Assembly (NCBI GenBank): GCA_018394315.1
Contig: CP074575.1
Coordinates: forward strand, 1,768,615-1,832,614
Reading direction: 5' to 3'
Source: Mycoplasmatota bacterium
GTDB taxonomy: Bacteria; Bacillota_I; Bacilli_A; MAG-NZ
Length of the DNA: 64,000 bases
The translations under genes and the position numbers were made by a program. Under the pieces are notes generated by a model that saw nothing but the letters and a program-made list of their open reading frames with translations, ran no database searches and had not been told where the DNA came from. Shown here one piece after another: positions 1 to 10,619 of this stretch (positions are counted from its first letter, which is position 1; the number at the start of each line of letters is the position of its first letter).

Positions 1-32
1 CCAAATCTTTGTAATCTAAGTTTAACTGCCAT
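1..32 (-). CDS. rpsP: 30S ribosomal protein S16, 5' end only (runs off window)
   Basis: Reverse strand reads MAVKLRLQRF after a GGAGGT RBS at ~40-45. Confidence 0.9.
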   Translation of the reverse strand, partial: MAVKLRLQRF

Positions 33-98
33 TTATACTACCTCCTATATAATTCTACCTAGTTATTATAACATACAGAAAACAAGTGTCAAGTATTT

Positions 99-341
99 TT
101 ACTTAACACTTACATTTTCTTCAAATGTTAAATTTGTCATATCGTAAAGTGATTCAATAACGCTACTAACACCTTTTACTTGTCTAATCTGTTTTGCATA
201 ACCCTTATATCTTTTTGCATCACAATAGGCAATTAGATACTTATTTTTTTTAGAGACATAAGTTACATTTGCGATATTTTCAATTTCTTTTCTTACTTTG
301 TGATTTCTAAAAAATACTACGAATCCTTTTCTGTTTACCAT
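99..341 (-). CDS. ylbG: YlbG/DUF2129 family protein
   Basis: R.GFVVF...NVTYVSKKNKYLIAYCD pattern; follows ylbD-ylbE as in Bacilli. Confidence 0.75.
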   Translation of the reverse strand: MVNRKGFVVFFRNHKVRKEIENIANVTYVSKKNKYLIAYCDAKRYKGYAKQIRQVKGVSSVIESLYDMTNLTFEENVSVK

Positions 342-350
342 AACACACCT

Positions 351-590
351 CTAGTTCTCTTTTAAATATTTTAAAAACATTGATAACATATCTAGTTGGT
401 TCTTTGCTGAATTTATTTTATCATATGTAGTTAATTTAAGAAACTCCTTCGCCTCATTCTCAAATAACTGATAATGGTTTGGATTTTCTGATAATCTTCT
501 ATACCAAATAGGATTGTACCTTAAATACTCAAGTAACTGAGAGCTTTCCTGTTTATATAGGTTACTCAATATCTCGTTACTTAATCCCAC
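351..590 (-). CDS. ylbE: YlbE-like sporulation protein
   Basis: YLRYNPIWYRRLSENP motif; synteny. Confidence 0.8.
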   Translation of the reverse strand: MGLSNEILSNLYKQESSQLLEYLRYNPIWYRRLSENPNHYQLFENEAKEFLKLTTYDKINSAKNQLDMLSMFLKYLKEN

Positions 591-949
591 TTACTAAACC
601 TTCTAAATAAAGGGTCTCTATTTTCATATACCGGTTGTTTATTGTTTGATGAATTAAGTCCTTGGAAAATCTGCATTATCTTTTGAACAGATCCAAGTGT
701 TTTTGTAATGTTATCAACATTTAGCTTTTGCGCGTACTTTACAACTGTGCGTAAAGTCTCTTGGCCTTCAGATGAGGCTAACAAACCTTCTTCTTCTTTA
801 TAATTCTCAAATGAGTCCTCACCAAGCAGGCTCCATTCTTCATATATATTTTGCCAGGTTCTATCTCCATCTCTAACCTTAAATTTTAGTTTAGGATATT
901 TTTTAACAAACTCTCTAAACTCTTCAATGCTTTTTCCCACAAATATCAC
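581..949 (-). CDS. ylbD: YlbD-like spore coat protein
   Basis: FREFVKKYPKL...TWQNIYEEWSLLGED motif and C-terminal DPLF. Confidence 0.8.
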   Translation of the reverse strand: MIFVGKSIEEFREFVKKYPKLKFKVRDGDRTWQNIYEEWSLLGEDSFENYKEEEGLLASSEGQETLRTVVKYAQKLNVDNITKTLGSVQKIMQIFQGLNSSNNKQPVYENRDPLFRRFSKWD

Positions 950-996
950 TCCCTAATACTAATTTATTTTAAGAAATGAAATATGTGCTTGTAATA

Positions 997-2652
997 TCAA
1001 AACTTATCGTCAGTTATCTTAAGTTTCTTCATAATATCTTGATAAGTTATTTTGGATTCAGTTATGATTCTCAAAAGACCAGTATAAAGCCCCATAACGA
1101 AGTAAAGTACTAATCCAATTATAAATGTAATAAACAAATATAACAAATTAGATAATTTACTTAGTTTATAGTCTATTGTTAGTTCTAGTAGTTGATCTAT
1201 AAATATTAGTATTATTCCCATAACTATCGATAGAAAAATAATAAATAGAAATCTCTTAAGTAAATAATTAAACTCAAACTCTGTATAATGTTGAATAACT
1301 ACAAAATTAAGTGTAACAGTTGTGATTAAACCTAGTGCACTAGATAATATTGCACCATCTACCCCCATAAATACGATAAAGATATAATTTGTCATTAGTT
1401 TTATTAACACACCAATAAGAATTGTAAAGAAAAGATATTTATGTCTATTTATTCCTTGGATAATACTCATTGAAACGGAGTTTAAACTAAAAATCAATAT
1501 GAGTGGTGCATAAGTTAATAATATGTTACCACCATAAGGATTATTTCCAAATAGTATATGGTAAATTTGATCATTAAAAACCATAGTATAAATTACTATA
1601 GGAAACGTAAAGAAGAAAATAATTTGAAAAGCTTTGATTATATTCTTTTCTACACCTGAAAGATTATTCTTTGCGAAATCATATGATATTGCTGGTACCA
1701 AGGTAGATGAAAATGCAACAGCTAGAGATATTGGGATAAAGATAATTTTATGAACTTCAAATGCATAAATACCGTATATATATTCTGGGTTAGTTTCCCC
1801 TACCGATAACATTGCTTTGTTGAAAGTCACAGAATCAATAAATTGATAAAGTGATAAGTTAATTCCATATATCGCAAAAGGTAACGCAACTATGAATAAT
1901 TGTTTTATCAATTTCAATACAGGCTCTGGATTCTTTACACTTTCATAATTTCTTTGAAACTGTCTGTCTGCACTACTTCTTATTACAAAGAAAATCAATA
2001 CACCAAATCCAACAAATGCAGAAATAACTGTTCCTTTAACCGCATAGCTTATTGCCCTTTCGTAGGTACCATCTAACATCTTTATTAATACAAAACTTGA
2101 GATTAAAATGAATGATATTCTGATGAATTGCTCAATAACTTGACTGATTGCTGTTGGAAGCATATTATTTTTACCTTGAAAAAATCCCCTTATAACACTC
2201 ATTGTCGGGATAACAATTAGTGCTATTGCAACGATTTGTAAAATTGAAGTTATACTTTCAACAGAGTTAACTATGGAAGATTGGCCTGCTAGCACTCTTT
2301 CAGCGTATGCAGGTGATAACTTATACATCGTAAATGCTGCTATAAAGCCTATTAAAACCATTGAAAGCATAGAGACTACAAATAATCTATGGCTTGATTT
2401 AAAATCACTCTCAGCGTCATATTTAGCAATTAACTTAGATAGACCCAGTGGTATACCAATAGTTGATAAATCTATAAATAAAGAAAATGGGACATAAGCA
2501 TATGAATATAAGGCTACACCTTCTTTACCAACTAAACTTGAAAAAGGAATCACAAATAGTAATCCCATCAATTTTACTAATACAATAGCAATTGATAAAG
2601 TCAATGCGCCACTTAAAAATTTACGCTCTTTCATTTTCTCACCGAACTTCAA
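997..2652 (-). CDS. murJ: MOP-superfamily flippase (YtgP/MurJ-SpoVB family)
   Basis: Polytopic 551 aa; FLSGALTLS, GIPLGLSKLIAKY, RGFFQG, AISQVIEQFIR motifs. Confidence 0.75.
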   Translation of the reverse strand: MKFGEKMKERKFLSGALTLSIAIVLVKLMGLLFVIPFSSLVGKEGVALYSYAYVPFSLFIDLSTIGIPLGLSKLIAKYDAESDFKSSHRLFVVSMLSMVLIGFIAAFTMYKLSPAYAERVLAGQSSIVNSVESITSILQIVAIALIVIPTMSVIRGFFQGKNNMLPTAISQVIEQFIRISFILISSFVLIKMLDGTYERAISYAVKGTVISAFVGFGVLIFFVIRSSADRQFQRNYESVKNPEPVLKLIKQLFIVALPFAIYGINLSLYQFIDSVTFNKAMLSVGETNPEYIYGIYAFEVHKIIFIPISLAVAFSSTLVPAISYDFAKNNLSGVEKNIIKAFQIIFFFTFPIVIYTMVFNDQIYHILFGNNPYGGNILLTYAPLILIFSLNSVSMSIIQGINRHKYLFFTILIGVLIKLMTNYIFIVFMGVDGAILSSALGLITTVTLNFVVIQHYTEFEFNYLLKRFLFIIFLSIVMGIILIFIDQLLELTIDYKLSKLSNLLYLFITFIIGLVLYFVMGLYTGLLRIITESKITYQDIMKKLKITDDKF

Positions 2653-2698
2653 TTTTCTAAATTATAACACATCCTTATTCTACATCATATTATATATA

Positions 2699-2941
2699 AT
2701 GAAAAGGAGTGAATTTATGTTTGGGAACAAACCTCAACAACAACATTACCAAGGTCCAGGACACGGTCAGCAACATTATCCATATTACTTAGAAAACCAA
2801 ATTAGACGTATGCAATATGAAATAGAACAAAACTCTAGACAGATCCGAAATTTAAATAAACGCGTTAAAAGAATTGAGAACTACTTAGGAATTCGAAAAA
2901 AAGATATAGATCAAGATGACTTTGAAGATGATATGGTGTAG
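2699..2941 (+). CDS. Small hypothetical protein, Gln/His-rich N-terminus and coiled coil (likely start ATG 2717)
   Basis: ORF with AAGGAG RBS and a downstream hairpin. Confidence 0.55.
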   Translation: MKRSEFMFGNKPQQQHYQGPGHGQQHYPYYLENQIRRMQYEIEQNSRQIRNLNKRVKRIENYLGIRKKDIDQDDFEDDMV

Positions 2942-3051
2942 GCACTCAATCACTAGAGTGCTTTTAATCAACTCTCTTCGATAGGTAAAAACACTGACTA
3001 ATAATCTAAACATTCATATATTAATATGAAACTATAAAAAGGAGGGATACA

Positions 3052-3243
3052 ATGTATTACTCAGGTTCAGGAAGCTATGGATACGGTGGTTACGGTTACG
3101 GCGGTGGACACGGTTACGGTGGATACGGTGGCTGTGGATGTGGTTACAATTACGGATGCTGTGGACACGGTGGAGGATCAGGTTACGCATTAGTATTGGT
3201 ATTATTTATACTATTAGTAATAATTGGAGCAACAAGAATCTAA
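3052..3243 (+). CDS. YjcZ/SscA-family sporulation membrane peptide
   Basis: Gly/Tyr/Cys-rich N-terminus then YALVLVLFILLVIIGA; GGAGG RBS; CATATATT at 3015-3022. Confidence 0.85.
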   Translation: MYYSGSGSYGYGGYGYGGGHGYGGYGGCGCGYNYGCCGHGGGSGYALVLVLFILLVIIGATRI

Positions 3244-3322
3244 TATAGGGGAACTTTAGTTCCCTTGTTTTATGAAACGATTTTGAATATAATAGTATTG
3301 TAAGTAATAAGGATGGTGCAAA

Positions 3323-3931
3323 ATGAAGTTAGAGATTATCAAAGAAGGAAACCCAATATTAAGACTAAACGCTAAAACCACAATTATTCCACTTAGTGAT
3401 GAAGATAAAATGAATATAAAACAAATGATGAATCACTTAATCAGAAGTCAAATACCTGAAATTGCTCAAGAAGAGAATATTCAACCCGGAGTTGGTATTG
3501 CAGCTCCACAGATAGGTATATCAAAAAGAATCTTTTGTGTCTTTGCAAGTGACTTAGACGGAAAATTACATAAATATGCATTTATTAATCCTGAAATTGT
3601 CAATAGGTCTAAAGAATTAATATATTTACCAGACGGAGAAGGATGTCTATCAGTGCCTAGAGAAGTTGAGGGAGTTGTTCTTAGAAACAAAGAAATTAAG
3701 GTCAAATCTTATATATATGACTTTGACAAAGATGTTACATTAAGAAAAACAATAACATTTAAAGATTTAATTAGTATTATTTTTCAACATGAATACGATC
3801 ATTTAGATGGAAAATTATTCGTTGATAGACTTATTAACCATGAAAGTATCCCAGATATTGCATCATCTTTATTTGATGATTTGGAAGAAGAAAAGGCATC
3901 AGAATGTACTGAACCCCAAAGTTCGGACTAA
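3323..3931 (+). CDS. def: Peptide deformylase (last 8 residues come from the IS3 end)
   Basis: GVGIAAPQ, EGCLS and QHEYDH motifs. Confidence 0.95.
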   Translation: MKLEIIKEGNPILRLNAKTTIIPLSDEDKMNIKQMMNHLIRSQIPEIAQEENIQPGVGIAAPQIGISKRIFCVFASDLDGKLHKYAFINPEIVNRSKELIYLPDGEGCLSVPREVEGVVLRNKEIKVKSYIYDFDKDVTLRKTITFKDLISIIFQHEYDHLDGKLFVDRLINHESIPDIASSLFDDLEEEKASECTEPQSSD

Positions 3932-3937
3932 TAAAAA

Positions 3938-4775
3938 CTAAATCAAGCAATGTTCTCGGTATTGTACCGGGGACATTTTTAGTTTAGTTACTATCCTTTC
4001 ATTATTATGATAATTAATGTATTTCTTAAGTTCTCTTATGAACTGTTTGACTGTTTTAAACTTATTCACATGGTAAAATTCCGCCTTTAGATGAGAGAAA
4101 AAGTTTTCAGCCTTAGAATTGTCCAAACAGTTGCCTCTTCTAGACATGCTTTGTGTTATTTCCTTGTCTTCTAGATATGTTTGGAATCTTCTGTTTTGAT
4201 ACTGGAATCCCTGATCTGAGTGGACTATGGTATTTTTCATCTTAGTAGTAATTCCCTTTTCTAACATTTCAATAACTAGTCTTACATTGGGACTAAATCC
4301 TACTGTATAGCTTATTACTTCGTCGTTATGGATATCTATTAACGGTGATAAGTATATCTTTCTACCATCTACCTTAAATTCAGTTATATCAGTTACTAAT
4401 TTTTCTTTGAATGTATTAGTGCTAAAATCCCGATTAAGTTCATTGTTGGCTATCTTACCAACTTCCCCTTTGTATGATCTATATTTTTTCACTCGTATTT
4501 TAGCCACTAATCCTAATGATTTCATTAATCTATATACTTTCTTGTGATTAATTACTAAACCCTCATTTCTTAAAACTATGGTTATTCGCCTATAACCATA
4601 TCTTCCCTTATGTTTATAGTATATATTGGTTATTTTGCTTTTTATTTCTTTATCGTTATCAGAATCTATATTTTTGAGCACATCAAAATAAGTAGACTTA
4701 GCTAAGTTGGCTATCTCAAGAATAGGTTTTAGAACTCCGTGTTTTTGCCTTAGTTCAAATACTATTCTTACTTTT
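3938..4775 (-). CDS. IS3 transposase OrfB (DDE); frame open to ~4775, probably reached by -1 frameshift
   Basis: YGYRRI, TDITEF, HSDQGFQY, SRRGNCLDN, ENFF motifs; GAAAAAG run at the end of orfA. Confidence 0.9.
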
Positions 4776-5244
4776 TCTTTCGTTCTCGCTCTTCCCGTTC
4801 TTGAACTAAGGCGTCTAGCTTTTTTAGATATTCTAGTTCCAATCTTAACCTTTGGTTTTCTGCTAATAGGTCTTGATTTTTATTCAAATCCTTTGGTTTT
4901 TGTACAATCTTACTTTTTCTTCCTCTTCCATCTATAGATAGTCCATCAATGCCGTACTCATGGTATTTTCTTTCCCATTTATGTAGTGTTCCAGCAACAA
5001 TACCATATTTCATGTCTGTTTCTGCGTATCCATATTCCCAAAAATATTCAAGTATCTCAAACTTTTTTTCGCTAGATATTTTCGTGTTTTTCTTTCTCAT
5101 AAATCCTGTAGTTTTACTCTTTCTAACCCACCTGTATATAGTTTCATCTGCCTTTAGGTTGAATTTATTCATTGTAGCAGTTAGACCATACTTATTATAG
5201 TAGCTAACTACTTTCACCTTAAATTCTACATCATATTTTGCCAA
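4768..5244 (-). CDS. IS3 OrfA (tandem HTH)
   Basis: KYDVEFKVKVV...LRLELEYLKKL; lies inside the IS ends. Confidence 0.9.
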   Translation of the reverse strand: MAKYDVEFKVKVVSYYNKYGLTATMNKFNLKADETIYRWVRKSKTTGFMRKKNTKISSEKKFEILEYFWEYGYAETDMKYGIVAGTLHKWERKYHEYGIDGLSIDGRGRKSKIVQKPKDLNKNQDLLAENQRLRLELEYLKKLDALVQEREERERKKK

Positions 5245-5315
5245 AGTAAAAGCACCCCTTCCTTTCTAAGTTTACTTAGTCCGGATTTTGGGGTGCATTA
5301 CAGAATAATGCCTTT

Positions 5316-6092
5316 TTATATTAGTTTAAAATGTTTTAGTGCATTGTATATTCCATCCTCTTGAATATCATCGGTAACATAATCAGATACTTCCTTTAGT
5401 TCTTCTCTTGCATTACCCATCGCAATACCAACACCAGCTACTCTTATCATCTCGATATCATTTAAAGCGTCCCCGAAAGCGAAAACATCCTCTAAATCAT
5501 AGTTTAACTTTTCTGCTAGTTTTCTAATACCAAATTCTTTAGATATTTCTTTTGGTAAAATATCAGCTCCATTATCATTCCAAGCTACAACCTTAAAATC
5601 GGGATTATGTTCTTGAATGTGCTTAAAATCATCATCATTTCCGAAAAAATATACTTGCATAACTTCATCATCATTAAATACTTCTTTAACTGGAGGAGGA
5701 ATTAAATTTACTGAATCAAAGTCTTTCTTAATATTTTCATTAACTTGACTTATATATTCTTCCTTAGAATTAAAATATCCGTAAATCAGTTTTCTATCTA
5801 TTAATGTTTTCTTTATTTTGTTAATACTTTCAGAATCTATTGTTTGTTTATAGATTTCTTCACCTTTATACATGATATGTAACCCGTTTAAGAAGATAAA
5901 AGCATCAAAATATTCAATTACTTCCTTCACTTTATCTATTAAAAAACAGGCTCTACCGGTAGCAATGGCAATTTCGACATTATCCTTTTCGCTCAATTGT
6001 TTAAGAGCTTCTATTGTACTTTTAGGAATATGATCATTTTTATAATCATACAAGGTACCGTCGATATCAAAGAAAACAAGTTTTTTGTTCAT
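5316..6092 (-). CDS. Cof-type HAD-IIB hydrolase
   Basis: FFDIDGTL, ATGR, FGDALND, AMGNA motifs. Confidence 0.92.
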   Translation of the reverse strand: MNKKLVFFDIDGTLYDYKNDHIPKSTIEALKQLSEKDNVEIAIATGRACFLIDKVKEVIEYFDAFIFLNGLHIMYKGEEIYKQTIDSESINKIKKTLIDRKLIYGYFNSKEEYISQVNENIKKDFDSVNLIPPPVKEVFNDDEVMQVYFFGNDDDFKHIQEHNPDFKVVAWNDNGADILPKEISKEFGIRKLAEKLNYDLEDVFAFGDALNDIEMIRVAGVGIAMGNAREELKEVSDYVTDDIQEDGIYNALKHFKLI

Positions 6093-6212
6093 CTAATCAC
6101 CTCATATATTGTATATATTATCACAGTTTTTCTTTAATATTTCATTTTTGTGGTTTTTTTTGGAATAATAAACTATAATAAATAAAGTATAGAGCTAAGA
6201 AAAGGAGTTTAT

Positions 6213-7880
6213 ATGAAAATATATAATAACGAAGTAGCAGTATTTTCACTAGGCGGACTATGCGAAGTAGGGAAAAACTGTTATATAATTCAATATCGTG
6301 ATGAGATTGTAGTTATTGATTGTGGTGGCCTTTTTCCAGATGATAGTCTATTAGGAGTCGATTTAGTACTTCCTAACCTAGATTATCTTGTCGCTAATCA
6401 AGACAAAATAATCGGAGTTTTTATTTCTCACGGACATGAAGACCATATTGGAGGAATATCTTATTTACTAAGTCAAGTAGATGTTCCGGTGGTTTACGCA
6501 AGTGGTTTGGCTAATGGACTAATAAAAAGAAAAGTGAAAAAGAATATTTTAGGTAATAAATTAAGGGATTTCCTTGAAGATGACATAATTAAATCAAAGT
6601 ATTTTGAAGTTACATTTTATCGTACTAATCATTCAATCCCTGATTCCTTTGCGATTGTAATTAAAACACCTCATGGAAACATCATACATTCAGGAGACTT
6701 TAAATTTGATTTCACACCTATTGGCCCAATGACTAATTTATCTAAAATATCAAGAATTGCTGATGAGGGAGTATTATGTTTACTATCTGATAGCACAAAC
6801 GCATTATTCCCAGGCTTTACAATGAGCGAAAGAAATGTTGGTCTTGGGATAAGAAACATATTCAATAATATTAAAGGACGTGTTATAGTCGCATCTTTTG
6901 CTTCAAATATTCACCGAGTTCAGCAAATTGTCGAAGCTAGCATAGATGTTGGTAGAAAAATTGCGATTTTCGGTAGAAGTATGGAAAATACTATTAAAGT
7001 CGGGACTGAGTTAAACTATATAAAGGCTCCAGCTGGAACTTTTATAAATGCAAAAGAACTTAGAAATAAAAAACATGATGAAATCACTATTTTATGTACA
7101 GGTTCACAGGGTGAACCATTGGCAGCATTAAGCAGAATAGCAACAGGTTCACATAAAGATATCAATATAATCCCGGGTGATACAGTAATTTTCTCTTCTA
7201 GTCCTATCCCTGGAAATAAATACTCAATAAACCGTACAATCAATAATTTGTTCAAACGCGGCGCACATGTAGTTGTTAACTCGCCACTAACAGGTACCCA
7301 TACATCTGGACATGGAGGTCAAGGTGAGCAACAATTGTTATTTGCTTTAACTAAACCAAAGCACTTTATTCCAATACATGGAGAATATCACATGCTATAT
7401 GAGCACGTTCAAACTGCAACTCTTTGTGGGTTACCAAAAGAAAACTGCCACATTCTTGAAAATGGAGAAGTAGTTGCTTTTAGTAAAAAGGGTGCAAGAA
7501 AAGCGGGACGAATAAATGCTGACGGAGTCTATGTTACCGGATCTAGAGTAAGCGATATTAGCAATGCAATACTTAGACAACGAAAACTGTTAAGTGAAAA
7601 CGGTATTCTTACTGTGGTTGTTACAGTGGATAAGAAAAAGAAACAACTTATGGGTAAACCATTAGTAATTTCTCGAGGATTTATTTATATGAAAGATAAC
7701 GAAGAATTAACTTATCGAATTAAAATGCTTTCTAAAGAAATTACTGAAAACTTCTTGAAAGAGAACAAAACTATTCAAAAAGAAAAACTTAAAAGTGCAA
7801 TTTCTGAACCAGTCTACAACTTGATATACGAAATCACTGAACGAAAACCAATGGTTATTCCAGTGATAATGACTGCCTAA
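6213..7880 (+). CDS. rnj: Ribonuclease J
   Basis: GGLCEVGKN, SHGHEDHIG, HSIPD, TGSQGEP, HTSGHG motifs. Confidence 0.95.
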   Translation: MKIYNNEVAVFSLGGLCEVGKNCYIIQYRDEIVVIDCGGLFPDDSLLGVDLVLPNLDYLVANQDKIIGVFISHGHEDHIGGISYLLSQVDVPVVYASGLANGLIKRKVKKNILGNKLRDFLEDDIIKSKYFEVTFYRTNHSIPDSFAIVIKTPHGNIIHSGDFKFDFTPIGPMTNLSKISRIADEGVLCLLSDSTNALFPGFTMSERNVGLGIRNIFNNIKGRVIVASFASNIHRVQQIVEASIDVGRKIAIFGRSMENTIKVGTELNYIKAPAGTFINAKELRNKKHDEITILCTGSQGEPLAALSRIATGSHKDINIIPGDTVIFSSSPIPGNKYSINRTINNLFKRGAHVVVNSPLTGTHTSGHGGQGEQQLLFALTKPKHFIPIHGEYHMLYEHVQTATLCGLPKENCHILENGEVVAFSKKGARKAGRINADGVYVTGSRVSDISNAILRQRKLLSENGILTVVVTVDKKKKQLMGKPLVISRGFIYMKDNEELTYRIKMLSKEITENFLKENKTIQKEKLKSAISEPVYNLIYEITERKPMVIPVIMTA

Positions 7881-8427
7881 TATAGTCTATAAATAAGTCA
7901 TCAGTTCTGATGGCTTTTATTTTTAGCTTAGGAAGATGATTGAAATGTGTACAACCTAAAACTAGTAAGTCTGTTTTTATACTGTTGATTATTTCTATAT
8001 CATAATTCTCTTTGTTCTCAATCTTATTTATTATTTCTTGGCCATCAATTTTTTTAGTAAATTTTGCACTAAACACGTCTGACGTAATAGTTTTTTTTGT
8101 TCCTATCAAGGCTATATCTTTTTCTTTTGCAGTCGCAAGAACTAAGTTCACTACATCGATTACAGTAATGATGGGTATATCAATATCCATTTTTTTGACT
8201 ACGGTACTAGCAGTAAAGCACGCAACAATAAACAAATCAATTTTCCTAAAATTATCAATTATATCTCTTAGAAACAATTTTATCTCATCTTCGGTTTTCT
8301 CACCGTAAGGGAAATTTTCTTTATCTGCCATATAAAAAAAAGAATGATTCGGAAAAAATCTAACTAACTTTTCAAAAATCGTTAGTCCCCCAATTCCCGA
8401 ATCCATGACAACAATATTCATAAACAC
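7855..8427 (-). CDS. murI: Glutamate racemase, short and divergent
   Basis: DSGIGGLT, FPYGEK, ACFTAS, LGCTHF motifs. Confidence 0.75.
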   Translation of the reverse strand: MFMNIVVMDSGIGGLTIFEKLVRFFPNHSFFYMADKENFPYGEKTEDEIKLFLRDIIDNFRKIDLFIVACFTASTVVKKMDIDIPIITVIDVVNLVLATAKEKDIALIGTKKTITSDVFSAKFTKKIDGQEIINKIENKENYDIEIINSIKTDLLVLGCTHFNHLPKLKIKAIRTDDLFIDYIRQSLSLE

Positions 8428-8435
8428 CCTTTAAA

Positions 8436-9302
8436 TTATATTGAAATATATTTCCTATTATTACATACTTCGATAAATTGATGATATATTAACCTAGTAA
8501 TTTTAGCATCTTCTAGGGCATTGTGACTCTGCTCTTCTATTTCAAAGCCATATGATTCATAACACCTAAACAAACCAATATCGTTCTTTAAATTGAAATA
8601 ATTCTTATGTAACTGTAACAAGTTAATAAACTTTTCTCTTGGAGTAATAATTTCCAAATTGATAATTCTTGCTAAATCTCTAAGAGCAATTATATCATTC
8701 TTACCCCAAACTATAATGACTGGATCATACTTTTCCATTAAATACTTTAATTTAGCATGATACTCTTTGGCTTCGATTCCAGAATCAACTTGTTCTTGAG
8801 TTATTTTCAAAAACTTTTCAGTTCTATTAGTGATCCTTGGAAATTTAACTGGCTTCACAAAATCAAATGTACTTTCAACTATATTTCCAGTACTATCTTC
8901 AACAACAATACCTGACTGAATTATTTCTTGAACAAAATTTCTTGATTTATAATATGGATGCATTGAAAGCTCTAAGTCTAAGAACATTCTATAAGAATCC
9001 TTCTCTAATAAATTTCTGATTCCCTCTTGAACAATTGAGATATCATAATAAACTACTTGCTTTCTATGCCTTTGCATAATTATCTTTATAAAATGCTCAA
9101 CTTGGTGAACTTTATATTTATTAATGATCCTACTCTCTTCACTTGTTTTAAAAGATATAAATCTACCTTTTACTAAGTATCTACCAAATCTTTTCATTAG
9201 ATTTCTTTGCAAATAAAAATACATTACTTTATTTTGAACCTGTAACGAAATAATTCTTTTTTTGGTATATATTTTTTTAATTGGTCCCGTAATTATACTC
9301 AT
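8436..9302 (-). CDS. DEDDh 3'-5' exonuclease, KapD-like, with an extra N-terminal domain
   Basis: FLDLE, EIIQSG, WGKND, HNALEDA motifs. Confidence 0.7.
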   Translation of the reverse strand: MSIITGPIKKIYTKKRIISLQVQNKVMYFYLQRNLMKRFGRYLVKGRFISFKTSEESRIINKYKVHQVEHFIKIIMQRHRKQVVYYDISIVQEGIRNLLEKDSYRMFLDLELSMHPYYKSRNFVQEIIQSGIVVEDSTGNIVESTFDFVKPVKFPRITNRTEKFLKITQEQVDSGIEAKEYHAKLKYLMEKYDPVIIVWGKNDIIALRDLARIINLEIITPREKFINLLQLHKNYFNLKNDIGLFRCYESYGFEIEEQSHNALEDAKITRLIYHQFIEVCNNRKYISI

Positions 9303-9384
9303 AATGATCTCTTTCTCTTTTATATATTTTTCAAGACTTATTATATCATATTTTTATTATAAGTAAAAAAGCAATAAAATTGCT

Positions 9385-9828
9385 TTAAAATTTCATTAAT
9401 TTCATTTTTGAATCTTTATCGTATTCTCTTTGTACCTTTTCATCAAAAACTTCCACAAACAACTCCATCATAGGATATGCAGTTAACTTTTTTAAATGAC
9501 CACCAAATGCATTGAAATCTCTATCTGCTATAGTTACATGAACATGTGGAGTAACTTCTTCACCAGTAAAACTTATACTTCCTTCAAAACTAGTAAGTTC
9601 GTATTCATCATTAAATTTTTTCCACTCGTATTCAGTCCCATTTAAAAAACCCAACTCAAGATCGGTACACGCTCCAATAGCACTTACTTTACATAAACTA
9701 TTATGCTCTTCTCCTATTTTAGTTAACATCGTCATAGCTTCTTCTCCGCGTTCAAGTCTATATAAAAATTTGTTTTTTCCTATTTCTTTTTTTAACATTT
9801 TTATCACCTCTAGACTAGTATACATCAT
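9385..9828 (-). CDS. PPC/DUF296 domain protein
   Basis: RLERGEE, SAIGA, PHVHVT, FGGHL motifs. Confidence 0.85.
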   Translation of the reverse strand: MMYTSLEVIKMLKKEIGKNKFLYRLERGEEAMTMLTKIGEEHNSLCKVSAIGACTDLELGFLNGTEYEWKKFNDEYELTSFEGSISFTGEEVTPHVHVTIADRDFNAFGGHLKKLTAYPMMELFVEVFDEKVQREYDKDSKMKLMKF

Positions 9829-9873
9829 AAAGAGAAGTTTTGAATAAAAAAAATAGAGACAAATTAATCGTCT

Positions 9874-10254
9874 CTATTCAACATATACTTCTACGATGTC
9901 CCCATCCGCACTTTCAATATCTACCAGTTTACCTATATTACCTTCATCAATCATATCAAGTATTGTTTCTAAATCTAAACCTAGTTGTTCAAAATCAACT
10001 CCATTGATCTTACCATTGAAATTAATTCCTTTTCCAGTTGATAGAGCGATTTTAGCAAGAGACAACGGAACTTGAATATTAACCTTATCTCCATCTTTTG
10101 ATAACACTCTTACTTTAAACATTTTAAAAGGACCTTTTTTAATAGGGGTTACTCTATCATGAGTATCAACAGAATCTAACAATGTCGCTCCCTCTTCAGC
10201 AGACACCATACCCTTTTCAATCATTTCCAATATTTTCATTTTTTCTTCTGACAT
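9874..10254 (-). CDS. SHOCT-like domain protein of a DUF2089 operon
   Basis: EEKMKILEMIEKGMVSAEEG; GDKVNIQVPL. Confidence 0.7.
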   Translation of the reverse strand: MSEEKMKILEMIEKGMVSAEEGATLLDSVDTHDRVTPIKKGPFKMFKVRVLSKDGDKVNIQVPLSLAKIALSTGKGINFNGKINGVDFEQLGLDLETILDMIDEGNIGKLVDIESADGDIVEVYVE

Positions 10255-10265
10255 TCTAACACTCC

Positions 10266-10616
10266 TTATTTTTTTAATAGTTCTGCAGCTACTTCTGGTG
10301 TGATTTCACCGTCTTCAAGCTGTTTCAGAACTTCCATACGGTTTGAACCTGTATCATACCCCAAAGCACTTATTACATCATCTAAGTTTTTCTTTACTGT
10401 GGGATATGAGATATTTAGTTCTTTCTCTATTGATTTAATATTTCCCTTATTCTTAATAAACACCTCAATAAAATATAAGTGTTCTTTTGATAAGTAACTA
10501 AATTTTGACAAGTAGAATTCTCCTTGTATCTTAGTGTCACATGATTCACATTTTAATTCTGTAACATGTAATAAATCTTCACAAACTGGACAATTTCCTA
10601 TAATTTGTTTCTTCAT
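10266..10616 (-). CDS. DUF2089 family Zn-ribbon/HTH protein
   Basis: CPVC...C..C, GNIKSIEKELNISYPTVK. Confidence 0.85.
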   Translation of the reverse strand: MKKQIIGNCPVCEDLLHVTELKCESCDTKIQGEFYLSKFSYLSKEHLYFIEVFIKNKGNIKSIEKELNISYPTVKKNLDDVISALGYDTGSNRMEVLKQLEDGEITPEVAAELLKK

Positions 10617-10619
10617 ATT

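Larger units (their letters stand above)
3905..5302 (-). mobile_element. IS3-family (IS150-like) insertion sequence, 1398 bp
   Basis: TG...CA ends, imperfect IRs TGTACTGAACCCCAAAGTTCGGAC / TGTAATGCACCCCAAAATCCGGAC, 3-bp GAA target duplication (3902-3904, 5303-5305). Confidence 0.95.
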
